Origin: Candidatus Xenobia bacterium
Lineage (GTDB): Bacteria > Vulcanimicrobiota > Xenobia > Xenobiales > QWHO01
Assembly (NCBI GenBank): GCA_045863235.1
Contig: BTUM01000024.1
Location: 24,820-88,819 of the forward strand
Reading direction: 5' to 3'
DNA length: 64,000 bases
In this document: positions 1 through 12,900 of the stretch, piece by piece
Numbering within the stretch: the first letter of the stretch is position 1
Layout of the letters: every line of letters begins with the position of its first letter
Notes under the pieces: generated by a model
What the model saw: only the letters and a program-made list of their open reading frames with translations
Told to the model about the DNA's origin: nothing
Databases searched by the model: none
Program-made: the position numbers and the translations under genes

Positions 1-592
1 CGAACTGGCGGGACAGTACCACGGGGAGCCGGTCAACGCCACGCGGATCGGCCGACTGGTGGGTGTCTCGGCCCATACGGTCCAGGAATACTTCCAGATT
101 CTGGAGGACACCCTGATGGTATTCCGCCTCCCCGGCTGGTCGGCCTCGGTCACCCGCCAGCTCAGGACGGCTCCCCGGTATTTTCTCTTCGACAATGGGG
201 TCGCTCACGCGCTCAAGGGAGAGCTGCGCGTGGAGTCGAGCCCCCGGACCTCCCGGTTCGGAAAGCTGTTCGAGAGCCGGGTGCTTCAGGAGGCGTTCTG
301 GCTCAACGACTATCGAGAGCTCGATCTGAAGTTCAGCTACTGGCAGTCCAACACAGGCTTGGAGATCGACCTGATCGCGTCGCGCGGTGCCGGCCCCCCC
401 CTGGCAGCGCTCGAGATCAAGTCGGACACTGCCCCCGGTCCTTCCCACTGGAAGGGTCTGACCGCCTTCCGCAGCGAGTACCCCGAGGCGGCGTGCTTCT
501 GTTTGTGCCGAACGCCCCATCCTTATCGGGCCTCCGATGGAGTAGAGGTCCTCCCCTGGACCGAAGGCCTTGAGATTCTGGCGAGCCTTTGA
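1..592 (+). CDS. AAA-family ATPase with C-terminal DUF4143 domain (5' partial)
   Basis: Frame open from window edge (ELAGQYHGEPVNATRIGRLVGVSAHTVQEYFQILEDT); motifs RYFLFDNGV, GKLFE, EIDLI..LEIKS. Confidence 0.85.
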   Translation, partial: ELAGQYHGEPVNATRIGRLVGVSAHTVQEYFQILEDTLMVFRLPGWSASVTRQLRTAPRYFLFDNGVAHALKGELRVESSPRTSRFGKLFESRVLQEAFWLNDYRELDLKFSYWQSNTGLEIDLIASRGAGPPLAALEIKSDTAPGPSHWKGLTAFRSEYPEAACFCLCRTPHPYRASDGVEVLPWTEGLEILASL

Positions 593-594
593 CC

Positions 595-1368
595 ATGCAC
601 CCTGCTGATTACTTCCGCGCATCCGCGGGCCGGCCGGCCCGCGGCACCCGGCCGGTGCCCTCGGAGTGGCTTCCCTGGCTCATGGTCGAGCTCGAGCGGG
701 GCACCGTCCAGGTGTTGGACCTCAACGACAACCGTTCCCTGCACAGGGTCCGGTTGCCGAGCGGTCGCTACCAGGTGTCGATCCGGGGTTATGACTACGC
801 GGGGTTGCGCCTGGTGGCCGGAGTCCGGCTGCTCCAGCCCGATCAGAGCGCCGAGCGAGACGACGGTGCAGGGATGCTCCCCATCGAGGGCGCCATGCTG
901 GGGTTGAGAGCCGCCTGGAGCTTCCCCGACCAGCCCGACGATCAAGACATGCCTTTCGGTGTCAGGAACCGCTGTCTGTTCGTGCAGACGGGCCTGGGCG
1001 ACGGAGTATACAACCTCTACCACCTGGTCAAAGACAATGCGAGAGTCGGTCTGGAGGCCGAGTTCCTGTTGCCGCACCTGGGATACGGCGAGATGGAGCA
1101 GCAACCCAGGGCCCTGGCCTACTACGAGCTCGAGCGAATCATGATGGACCTCCAGGACGAGCCTGAGCCCGGCGATCACCCGGCTCTGCGCGGCTGGCAA
1201 CTCGAGCTGCTCTTCCAGGAAGCGGCCGACGCTTTTCGCGCCAAGGACTATCCTCGCGTCATCAGCCTGCTCTCCAAAGCCGCGGAAGAGGAACTGGACC
1301 GCACCGCGCGGGCCCGCCTGGATTATGCCCGCAAAAAGGTCAGCTCTTCAGGACCGGGTCCCACCTGA
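595..1368 (+). CDS. Hypothetical protein with DUF4241-like motif and helical C-terminus
   Basis: ORF abutting upstream stop; TGLGDGVYNLY..GLEAEFL resembles the DUF4241 GxGDGxY motif. Confidence 0.55.
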   Translation: MHPADYFRASAGRPARGTRPVPSEWLPWLMVELERGTVQVLDLNDNRSLHRVRLPSGRYQVSIRGYDYAGLRLVAGVRLLQPDQSAERDDGAGMLPIEGAMLGLRAAWSFPDQPDDQDMPFGVRNRCLFVQTGLGDGVYNLYHLVKDNARVGLEAEFLLPHLGYGEMEQQPRALAYYELERIMMDLQDEPEPGDHPALRGWQLELLFQEAADAFRAKDYPRVISLLSKAAEEELDRTARARLDYARKKVSSSGPGPT

Positions 1369-1588
1369 CTGCGCCTCGCTCTTGAGGGAAAATTGTTAGT
1401 GGTGAGAATGAGCCTCCTCCCCGATCTCTATTTGGATTGAGGTCCTCGATGTCTGGAGGGGGGCATTCCCTGTGTTGAATTGAATTCTCGGCAGGAGCTC
1501 TTGGAGGCGCTCGGGATGCCGAAGGCGAGGAATTCCGAGCCCACTGCCTGCGGATGCCTTTCCTGAGCGTAGCACTCCCCACCGCTGC

Positions 1589-2557
1589 TTGCTGCTGCCA
1601 GGCCGTCCGACGTTGCTGGCTGGCTTGCAGGCCCGGCCCGATGGTAGAGCGAAGTTCAAGCTCTTGGAGGTCCACTCCAGAGCGACGACAAGAGCGGCAG
1701 AAAGGTCAGCGACGAGAGGAGCGGAAGATAGATTGTCCACCCCGCGTGCTTTACAGATCGGCGATACCGTCTACCGCATGGACGAGATCAGCTGGGTCAA
1801 GTTTCAGCGCCTCACCACCCTGGAGCAGGTGGCGCGCTGGAGCCTGGTCGCGGCCGGGGTGCTGTTCTTCCTGATGGTTGCCCAGGGCAAGCAGAGCATG
1901 GTCAACATCGAGGGGCTCATCGGTCTGTTCAGCCTGATCGCCGGGCTGCAAATTGCCGCCGGCAATCGCATCGCCAGCAGTGGAGACATCGAGGAGACCT
2001 ACTACGAGCATCGCATTCGCGCCACCCCCGGCCAGATCGGGCCCCGGCTCAAAGAGCACAACCCCGACATGCTCGAGCTGTCCAACCAGCAACACGGCTA
2101 CCACTACTACGTGCAGGCCTCGCGGGTGGCCTGGTGCAGCCCCTGGTCCTCCATCAACTGGTCGCCGCTCTGGCTGGTGCTGATCTTCGGGGTCTACTTT
2201 GCCATTCTGGCCAACAATCTCCAGTTGCCCCAGATCAAGCCCTTCGACCAGGTCGAGCTGTTCCGTTACAAGAGCGGGCTGGGAGCGGTCAAGTTCCTGG
2301 CTATCGTCAACATCGTTTTGGCCGTCGTGGCCATCGTGGCCTCCTTCAAGACGGGCCTGCGTGTCTCGGCGGTGGGCGGTCTTTCGGATGGTCTGCCCCT
2401 CACCCTGGCTGACCGCCAGAAGCTGGTCAGCTACCTGATCAACGCCGGCTCCGAGAACAAGCGCAGCGAGCCCGTCCCGGCTGCGGCCCCCCCACCCGCA
2501 GCGACGACGCCGGCCCCCCTGGAGACCCCCGAGCCGGCGCCTCAACCCCAGACTTGA
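1589..2557 (+). CDS. Hypothetical membrane protein (about 4 TM), start uncertain
   Basis: Four hydrophobic segments, Pro/Ala-rich tail; coding style clear from about 1750. Confidence 0.65.
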   Translation: MLLPGRPTLLAGLQARPDGRAKFKLLEVHSRATTRAAERSATRGAEDRLSTPRALQIGDTVYRMDEISWVKFQRLTTLEQVARWSLVAAGVLFFLMVAQGKQSMVNIEGLIGLFSLIAGLQIAAGNRIASSGDIEETYYEHRIRATPGQIGPRLKEHNPDMLELSNQQHGYHYYVQASRVAWCSPWSSINWSPLWLVLIFGVYFAILANNLQLPQIKPFDQVELFRYKSGLGAVKFLAIVNIVLAVVAIVASFKTGLRVSAVGGLSDGLPLTLADRQKLVSYLINAGSENKRSEPVPAAAPPPAATTPAPLETPEPAPQPQT

Positions 2558-2606
2558 AGAGCTTTCGCGCGTAGGAGTCGCGCTTCGGGAAGGCGAATTC
2601 TCCTGC

Positions 2607-2861
2607 ATGGCGTTGGGGATCGCGTTTTTTGCCCTTATGGCCCTGTGGCTGGTGGGCTGGCGCATGGCGACGACCCACCCCGAGCAGTGGGGCCGTCCTC
2701 AGTCTCCCGAAGTCAAGCCGGCCCGGCCGCCTCGGGTCAAGACCGCCAGCGAGCTGCCCGTGCCGCAGTTGGTCGATACCGGCGGTGGGCCCCTCCTCAC
2801 CGGGGCCCGTCACAGCGCCGGTTGGCAGGCCCCCGACGGCACCAGCCTGTCGCTCAACTGA
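2607..2861 (+). CDS. Small membrane-anchored hypothetical protein
   Basis: N-terminal hydrophobic helix; fills gap between + strand genes. Confidence 0.5.
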   Translation: MALGIAFFALMALWLVGWRMATTHPEQWGRPQSPEVKPARPPRVKTASELPVPQLVDTGGGPLLTGARHSAGWQAPDGTSLSLN

Positions 2862-2948
2862 CCAACTGTTCACAATCCGTCTTTGGCCTGCGACGACCCC
2901 TCCAGAGTAGACTAAAAAGAAAAACTGGTTTTCTGGAGGACTCTACCC

Positions 2949-3332
2949 ATGCAGGCCACCGCCGCACTGCCTTCCTATCAGTTTCCCCGTACCCTGAGCT
3001 CTCCCGTTCCCGGCCTGGCGCGCCGTCAGGCCGAGGAGCCTTGCGATAAGGCCGAGCTGGCCGGCTCGATCCTGGGCGGTCTGGCCGGGGGCGCCGGCCT
3101 GGGCTACCTGGGCCTGGAGGCCGGGTTGCGCCTGGGCATGGACTATGGCATGGGGCTGCTCGGCCCCCACCCGCTGGCTCAGGTCTTCAGCCTGCTGACC
3201 TTCGGCATCTCCTACGGCGTCATCGGCGCCATGGCAGTGGGGGCGGTCGGCATCGGCACCGGCGTGGCCCTGGGCGCCTGGCTGGGCGGCAAGGCCGGCA
3301 AAGCCATCGGGGGCGGCCAAGAGCAGGCTTGA
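2949..3332 (+). CDS. Glycine-rich (glycine-zipper-like) membrane protein
   Basis: GGAGGA RBS; GxxxG-rich hydrophobic helices; stop overlaps next start. Confidence 0.7.
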   Translation: MQATAALPSYQFPRTLSSPVPGLARRQAEEPCDKAELAGSILGGLAGGAGLGYLGLEAGLRLGMDYGMGLLGPHPLAQVFSLLTFGISYGVIGAMAVGAVGIGTGVALGAWLGGKAGKAIGGGQEQA

Positions 3333-3817
3333 CCGACGAGCTCTCGTTGCGCGGCAAGTGGACGCTGCGCGCCCATGGACGCACCCGCGTCTTCGTCAAG
3401 CGATCGGTCGAGAGCAGCGCTCACGTGCTCATGAAGGCCCTGATGTGGGCCCTCTACCTGCCTGCCTACCCTGAGCTGGGGGTCGAGATCTCCATCGGGC
3501 ATCGTTACAAGCCGGACCTGGTTTTCCTCGAGCAGGGCGAGCCCCGTTTCTGGGGCGAATGTGGCCACGTCGGCCTGCAGAAAATCCGCTACCTGGTCGG
3601 CCGGTTTCGGCGCACCCATCTGGCTTTCGCCCGCTTCGAGGGGGGACTCGACAGCTACGCCGAGCTCTTCGAGAAGGCTCTCCAGGGCGTGCGGCGCGAG
3701 GCGCCCGTGGAGCTGTGGAGGTTTCCGCCCGACAGCGCCGAGCGCTTCGTGGACGAACGGGGCAACATCAAGGTCGCATTCGCTGACCTGCAAGGCCGCC
3801 GTTTCGGTCACTCGTAA
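3329..3817 (+). CDS. YaeQ-like protein
   Basis: ESSAHVLMKALMWAL, KPDLV, FWGECG motifs. Confidence 0.7.
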   Translation: MTDELSLRGKWTLRAHGRTRVFVKRSVESSAHVLMKALMWALYLPAYPELGVEISIGHRYKPDLVFLEQGEPRFWGECGHVGLQKIRYLVGRFRRTHLAFARFEGGLDSYAELFEKALQGVRREAPVELWRFPPDSAERFVDERGNIKVAFADLQGRRFGHS

Positions 3818-4995
3818 CGCAAAGCCTGAATCGGGTCCTGGCGGGCTGCCCGCATGGCCGGGTACACACCCGACGCCAGCCCCACGACCCCCGAGCTGAT
3901 CAGAGCTGCTCCCACGGCCCAGGCGCTGACCCCGAAGGGAAGCCCGGCGAAGGCCATCACGGCGGCGGCCGAGGCGGTTCCGGCGGCGATGCCCAGCACC
4001 CCACCACCGAGGCTGATCACCAGGGCTTCGGTGAAGAACTGCAAGAAGAGGTCGCGGTCACTGGCCCCGATGGCCTTGCGGATGCCGATCTCGCGGGTGC
4101 GCTCCATGACCGAGACCAGCATGATGTTCATGATGCCGATGCTGCCCACCAGCAGCGAGATCCCGGCGATGCCGGCCACGAACAGGGTCAGCGTGCCGGT
4201 GATGTTGCCCAGGATCGAGAGCATCTCGCTCTGGGTGTGAAAGTGGAAGTCGTCCTGGTCGAGGTGGCGGTGGCGCAGGAAATCCTCGATCTGTTGCTGC
4301 ACGTCGTAGACCTTCTCGGCATCCGTGGCCCACACGATGATCTCGGTCAGGCGCCTGGTCTCGAGCAGGTCTTCGGAGGTGGTGATGGGCAGGATGGCCA
4401 TGTCGTCCATGTTCATCCCCAGCATCTCGCCCTTCTCCTCCATCACCCCGATGCACTGAAAGCGCTTGCCTCCAATGCGCAGCGTCTCGCCCACGGGCGA
4501 GGAGCCGGGAAAAAACTTGGCCACCACGTCGGGACCCAGCACGCAGACCTTGCGGTGCTTCTCGATGTCGGAGGAGGTCAGAAACTGCCCCTCCGTGACC
4601 CGGTAGTTGGCCAGCGCGGGCCAGTTCTCGGTCAGGCCCCAGATGGCGATCTTGTCCTCCTTGCGCCCCATGCGGGCCTGGGCCGAGCCGATCAGCACCG
4701 GCACCACGTCGTTGATGCCGGTCAGACGCCGGGCGATCTCCTTGGAATCGCTGTAGCTGAGCCGGCTGGGCTCGATGGGGGGATCCATCTTGCCCGGGTG
4801 CACCACCAGGGCATTGGAGCCAAAGCCCATTCCGCCCACCTCTTGATTGACGTAGACCTTGGCCGCCTCGCCCAGCGAGACCAGGGTGATCACCAGGCCC
4901 ACCCCGATGATGACCCCCAGCATGGTCAGCACCGAGCGCAGGCGGTTGGCCTTGAGCGAGTCGAGCGCCGCCGAGAGGCTCTCCCAGAGGTCCAT
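3808..4995 (-). CDS. ABC transporter permease, MacB/FtsX family
   Basis: NRLRSVLTMLGVIIGV; GIMNIMLVSVMERTREIGIRKAIGA; DPIQALRYE. Confidence 0.95.
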   Translation of the reverse strand: MDLWESLSAALDSLKANRLRSVLTMLGVIIGVGLVITLVSLGEAAKVYVNQEVGGMGFGSNALVVHPGKMDPPIEPSRLSYSDSKEIARRLTGINDVVPVLIGSAQARMGRKEDKIAIWGLTENWPALANYRVTEGQFLTSSDIEKHRKVCVLGPDVVAKFFPGSSPVGETLRIGGKRFQCIGVMEEKGEMLGMNMDDMAILPITTSEDLLETRRLTEIIVWATDAEKVYDVQQQIEDFLRHRHLDQDDFHFHTQSEMLSILGNITGTLTLFVAGIAGISLLVGSIGIMNIMLVSVMERTREIGIRKAIGASDRDLFLQFFTEALVISLGGGVLGIAAGTASAAAVMAFAGLPFGVSAWAVGAALISSGVVGLASGVYPAMRAARQDPIQALRYE

Positions 4996-5669
<674 letters not shown>

Positions 5670-5673
<4 letters not shown>

Positions 5674-7099
5674 GGCCGGATGCGCAGGCGCGCCCCGTCG
5701 CGCAGATTGCCCGGATTGAGCACCACCTGATCGCCCTCGCTCAGGCCCTGCACGATCTCCACCCGGTTGGCATCACGGCTGCCTGTCTTGACCACCCGCT
5801 CGCGGGCTCGCGAGCCGTCCACCAGCAGCACGACCCACTTCCCTTCTCGGCTCACCAGGGCCTCGCGGGGCACGAATAGCACGTTCTCGAGCTTGCGCAG
5901 CACCACCTCGGCGAAGACCGACATGCCCGGGAAGAGCTGCGACTTCCCATCAGAGCTGGCCAGCTCGACTCGAGCCCGGAAGACCCGATCTTCGTCCTGG
6001 GTGGGCGTGCCGCGCAGCTCGCGCTTGAGCTGAGCCAGGGCGTCGATGCTCTTCAGCTTGCCGGCGAACTCGACCTCGGGGTAGGCGTCGGTGGTCACCA
6101 CCACGCTCTGGCCGGGGGAGACCTTGCCCCGGTCGTTCTCGTCGAGCAGCACCTCGACCCAGATCCGGTTCGGATCGACGAGCCGCGCCACCGGCGTAGT
6201 GGGCCCGACCGACTCGCCCGGCTGAACATCCTCGAGCACGATCTCCCCGGCTCCGGGGGCCCGTACCTGAGCCTGCTCGAGCTGGGCCCGGGCCTGAGCG
6301 ACCGTGGCCGAGGCTGCCTCCAGACGGGCCTGGCTGGCGGATACCTCCCCTTGCAGCACCGCCAGCTGGCCCTGGCGCGCCCGGGCCCCCTCGACCTGGG
6401 CCCCGGCTCGAGTCAGCTCGCCGCGGGCGGCCTGGCGTTCTTCCTGGCGGGCTCCCTCGCGCAATAAGCTCAGTTGCTGGCGGGCCTGCTCACGACTGGC
6501 CCGGGCCGCGCTGAGACCCGTCCGGGCGGCGTCCACCTGCTGGGCCGCGACGTAGCCTTGTTCGAATAGTTGTTTGGTACGGGCGAGGTTGGTTCGGGAC
6601 TCGGTTTCGGCAGCTTCCGCCGAGGCCAGCTGGGCCCGCGCCGTGGCCAGCTCTTGCGGGCGCGAGCCGTTCTCGAGGCGCTCGAGGTTGGCGCTGGCCA
6701 CCTGACGAGCGGCCTGCGAGCCGGTCAACTCGGCGGCCACCGCTTGCTGCTCGGCCGCCAGGCGAGCCCGGGCTTGCTCCACTGCGGCCGAGGCCGCCTG
6801 TTCGTTGGCCTGAGCCACGCGCAGGGCGGCTTTGAGGTCGTCCGATTCGAGCTCGGCCACCAGTTGGCCGGCTTGAACCCGTTCACCCGTTTTGACCAGC
6901 ACCCGGGCCAGTCGACCCTGCGTCCGCGGTGCCAGGGCCGCTTCCACGCCGCTTTTCACCAGCCCATCCTCGTCCAGCCTGTCACTGACCGACCCGCGCT
7001 CGACGCGGCCGGCGGTCACTTCCACCGCCTCCGAGCCGCTGACGAAGAAGAATACGGCCGTGAGGACCAGCAGGCCGAGAAGGATGAGCGCCAGCGCCC

Positions 7100-7103
<4 letters not shown>
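5670..7103 (-). CDS. Efflux periplasmic adaptor subunit (MacA/HlyD family)
   Basis: N-terminal TM, lipoyl-like half motifs, long Ala/Gln coiled coil, PGMSV, GLSEGDQVV; ATG overlaps upstream stop. Confidence 0.9.
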
Positions 7104-8695
<1,592 letters not shown>

Positions 8696-8718
8696 CTCCG
8701 GCGAGCCAATCTTTGGGA

Positions 8719-9903
8719 TTATCCGCTCTCTTCCTTGAGCTGCTCCAGAACATACTTGCCCAGTAGCTTCACCTGATCAGGGTTGAGATGCAGGAAGCGG
8801 AGGCCATACTGAAAGCCATCATCAACTTTGTCACGGTGACGGATCTCGCCGACCACGGTGAGGGCATAGAGGCGCCCCGACGGACCGATGGTGAGGGTTA
8901 CGGGGGCGCTCGAGAGCAGCTCCTTCTTGCACGCGAGCAGCACCCCTCCGACTCCGATGTTGAGGATGACCCCTTCGTGCTCTTGCGCCTTTGAGCTCAC
9001 CTCGACCTGCAATCGGGCCTTAACCCGACGCTTGCGGCGCCGGCGATAGAGGAGATTCTCCAGGAACCCGAGCTCGGAGAGCATTTGGGCCAGGCGCGAG
9101 CGGGCCAGGGTCTCGGGCTTCTCGTCGTAGTTGACCCCCACCAGCAGCCGGGTGCTGCGGGGCATCTTGCGAACCCACTGCACGACGCACTTGATCCCAA
9201 CCGGCTTGGCCCGCCCCGAAGCGGGGTCGAGCAAAGTGATGACATCACCACGCTCGGGCTCGATGTCCAGGTAAAGGTGCAGTCCACCGAGCCCGATGTT
9301 GACGACCTGGGCCTGGCCGCTCTTGTCTCCCAGGGAAAAGTCTACCGCCAGCTGGCTGTGAACCCGGATGCTGCGGCGTCGGTCCGGGGTCTTCTCACTA
9401 TCCACCCCGAACGACTTCAGGCCCGCCACCATGGAGCCCAGCCAGCCCGGAGCCTCCTTGTCCTGCAGCAGGCGCAAGGCCTGCACCATCACCGATTGGA
9501 ACTGCTGGATCTCGGCCGGGATAACCCGGGGGGTCTCCTCGGAGCTGGGCAGCATTTCCAGGCTGGGAGGCACCTCGTAGGAGGCCTCGACGGACTCTTC
9601 CACCTGTTCGAAGGACTCCTCGGGGGGGGCCTCGGGTTCCTCCGACTCAGGCTCGGCTTCTCGGGTCTCTCGAGCCTCCGGGGCCGGAGGGGGCTCGGGC
9701 CTGGGCTCGGGCGGCGAGCGCGGGGGCTCGCTCTCTTGTTCCTTCTGGCTGAACAGAAAGTAGATTCCGCCCACCAGGAGCGGCAGGCCAACGACGATGG
9801 CTCCGCCCAGAATCACCAGCTTGACCCACCCCGGCTTGCCGCCTCCTAGAATTTGCATCAACACCTCAAAAAACCTTGAATTGACGGCTCTTTCGCGCCT
9901 CAA
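8719..9903 (-). CDS. Membrane-anchored dual PilZ domain protein (start uncertain)
   Basis: TM helix, Pro/Glu linker, two RxxxR...NIGxGG motifs. Confidence 0.8.
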   Translation of the reverse strand: MRRERAVNSRFFEVLMQILGGGKPGWVKLVILGGAIVVGLPLLVGGIYFLFSQKEQESEPPRSPPEPRPEPPPAPEARETREAEPESEEPEAPPEESFEQVEESVEASYEVPPSLEMLPSSEETPRVIPAEIQQFQSVMVQALRLLQDKEAPGWLGSMVAGLKSFGVDSEKTPDRRRSIRVHSQLAVDFSLGDKSGQAQVVNIGLGGLHLYLDIEPERGDVITLLDPASGRAKPVGIKCVVQWVRKMPRSTRLLVGVNYDEKPETLARSRLAQMLSELGFLENLLYRRRRKRRVKARLQVEVSSKAQEHEGVILNIGVGGVLLACKKELLSSAPVTLTIGPSGRLYALTVVGEIRHRDKVDDGFQYGLRFLHLNPDQVKLLGKYVLEQLKEESG

Positions 9904-9999
9904 CTGGTTTTCCCTATAGTGGACCGGAAGCAGGCCGCGGAAGGTGCGCGACAGCTTGGCTCGAAGCCAGGGTCCAATTTTTCTGCCAGAGGCGCGAAG

Positions 10000-12900
10000 A
10001 TGGCTAAGAACAAGTTCTCCAAAGGAAAGAAGCCGGGCCAGCAGGTGGCCAAGCCGGCGGCGGCCAGCCCCCCTCCGACTCCTGCAGCGCCGGTCGTCGA
10101 GGATTTCGACGAGGAAGAAGACAGCCCGGAGCCTTCGCTGGAAGAAATGGCCCTCAATCTACGGGCCATCCTGGAGGAAACCGAAGTCAAGGCCAGGCGG
10201 CTGCGCGACTCGATGGAGCTGCCCTCGGTCGCCATCGAGGAGCTCGAGGACAAGCTGGCCGACGAGCAGAAGGTGCGGGCGCAACTCGAAACCACGGTGG
10301 CCTCGCAGAAAGAGCGGCTGGAAGAGCTCGAGAAGCTTCACACGGCCGCTCGGGGTCAAGTTGAGGAGCTGGAGAACCAGCTCGGCCAGCTCGAGCAAGA
10401 GAAGCGGCATCTCGGCTCGGAGTTGGATGAGCGCCAGAGAGATACGGGTGACCTCGAGGCGCGCCTCGACGAGGCTCTCAAGGCACGCCAGCGTCTGGCC
10501 GACCAGCTGGCCGAGGCGGAGCGCTCTCGCCAGGATCTCGAAGAGCGGCTTTCCGGGGACGACGGACTTTCGACCAGGTTGGCCGAGGCCGAGAAGGCCC
10601 GCCTGGAGCTCGAGGAGCGCCTGCGCAACGCTGACGAGACCCACGCCGCGGCTCTGCGCGAATTCGACGAGAAACTGGCCGAGCATGACCTGCTGAAGGC
10701 CCGTTTGCATGAGGCCGAGACCAGGCGAGACGAGCTGGAAGGAAGGCTGAAAGAGCTCGAAGGTGGGACTTCCGGTCTCCAGGCCAAGCAGCGCGAGGCC
10801 GAGAATCGCCTCGGAGAGCTGGAGGACAAGCTCCAGGGGGCCCAGGCCGAGCTGCTGGAGGGCGAGTCTCGCCTGGAGGAGGCTCAGCGCAAAGCCCGCG
10901 TGCTCGAAGAGCAGTTGGAGGAGGCTCGCAAGGCCAAGGCCGAGGTCGAGCGCCATATGGAGGAAGCTCAGCAGCTGCGCGACGACCTGCTCGGGCAGCT
11001 CGAGCAGGCCCAGTTGTCAGCGGCCGAGCACGAGGGCCGCACGCAAGAGCTGGAGGGCAAGCTGCAAGAGCTCGCCAAGGCCAGCACGCAGGTGACCGAG
11101 CTGCGCGAGATGCTCGACATGCTCGAGGCCAATTTACTCGAGGCCGAAGACAAGCTCGCTTCTGCCCCCACGCGCAATCAGCTTGAGGACGCCCTGACCC
11201 GCGCTCAGGAGGCCGAGGAGCGGGTCAGCGAGTTGACCACGGCAGCCGACGAAGTGGAGCAGAAACTTCGTCAGTCGGAGTTTCGGCTCGGTCAGATCAA
11301 GCAGATCTTCGAAGAAACCGACGAAGCGGCCAAAGCCGCCGAGGAGCGCGCCGATGCAGCCGAGCGGAGGGCCCGCGAGGCCGAGCGCAAGCTGCGCCAG
11401 CTCGAAGTGGCCACCGGTCGGGTGGCTGACGCGGCCGGGGAGGCGGCGGGTGCACCGGAAGGCGCCGACGGGGTTGAGGTGTCGGCACTTCGCAAGAAGC
11501 TCGAGGCGGCCGAGCGCGAGTCGTTGGAGTCGGTCGAGCGGGCCGAGCTGGCTGAGCAGAAGCTGATCGAGCTGGAAGACGAGGTTCGCGAGGCTAACGA
11601 GCGAGCCCTGGAGCTCGAGGAGAAGTTTGGCGAAGTGGAGGCCAACTCCATCCGGCTGCGCGAAGAGCTCGAGCAGGCCTGTCAGCAGCTCGAGGAAACC
11701 CGCAGCCAGACCGACCTGAGTCAGTTCGAGGAGCTGAGGCAGAAGCTCCAGGATACTGAGGCTCGGGCCAAAGCTGCCGAGCAGAAATCTCGCGAATCGG
11801 TGGACCGTCTCTTCCAGGCCGAGCAGCGGATGGTGGCCGCCAGCGCGCGCACCCGCACGGCCGAGGAGAAGATCGTCACCCTCGAGCGAGAGCTCGACAA
11901 CCTCAAGCGCAAACTCCACGAGGCCGAAGAGCGGATGAAGTCGGGCGAGGCGGCCGAACTCGATCCCGAGACCGAGCGCATGGCCTTTGAAGACCGGCTG
12001 ACCAGTCTACCGAACTTCAACATCCTGCAGCAGTACATCGATTACACCTTCAAGCAGGTTCATCGCTACAAGCGCGGAGCGGCCTTGCTTTGCATCGACC
12101 TGGACCGTTTCAAGGTCATCAACGATACGCTCGGTTTTCGAGCCGGCGACGAAGTGTTGCGCCAGGTCGCTGACCGGCTCAAAGCCCTGGTCCGCGAGTC
12201 GGACGTCCTCGGCCGGCGGGGAGACGACGAATTCTTGATTTTGCTGTCCGAACTGGAGCGGGGCGATCTGCCCGAGGTGCGGACTCCCGAAGATTGGGCC
12301 AGGGCCTGCAACCAGATGTCGACCCTGGTTTCCAACCGCATCCTGTCGGCCCTGGCGCCGCCCTATTCGGTGCAGAATCAGAAACTGCACGTGACCGCCA
12401 GCATCGGGGCCAGCGTGAGCCTGGACGCCGAGACGGCCGAAGAGTTCATCGAGCACGCCGAGACCGCCATGGTGGCCGCCAAGGAAGCGGGCCGCAACAA
12501 TCTGCAGTTTTATACCGCCGATCTGAAGCAGCGTCGTCAGCGAAAGCTCTCCTTCGACGGTCAGTTGCGCGAGGCCCTGGAGAACGACGAGTTCACGCTG
12601 CTCTACCAGCCCATCGTGCACCTCTCCAGCGGACGCCTGGCCGGGGCCGAGGCTCTCTTGCGCTGGAAGCACCCCGAAATGAATCGTCTGCTGGCCCCGG
12701 AGGAGTTTCTCTCGATCGCCGAGGAGACCGGCTTGATCGTGCCCATCGGCACCTGGGCGCTGATGCAGGCCTGCCGGCAGGCGGCCCTGTGGCGCGACGA
12801 AGGGCTGGAGATCTTTACGGGTGTCAACATGAGCACTCGCCAGCTGATGCAGGCGGATCTGCCCAAGACGTTCCTGAAGGCTTTCGAGGTGACCAACATC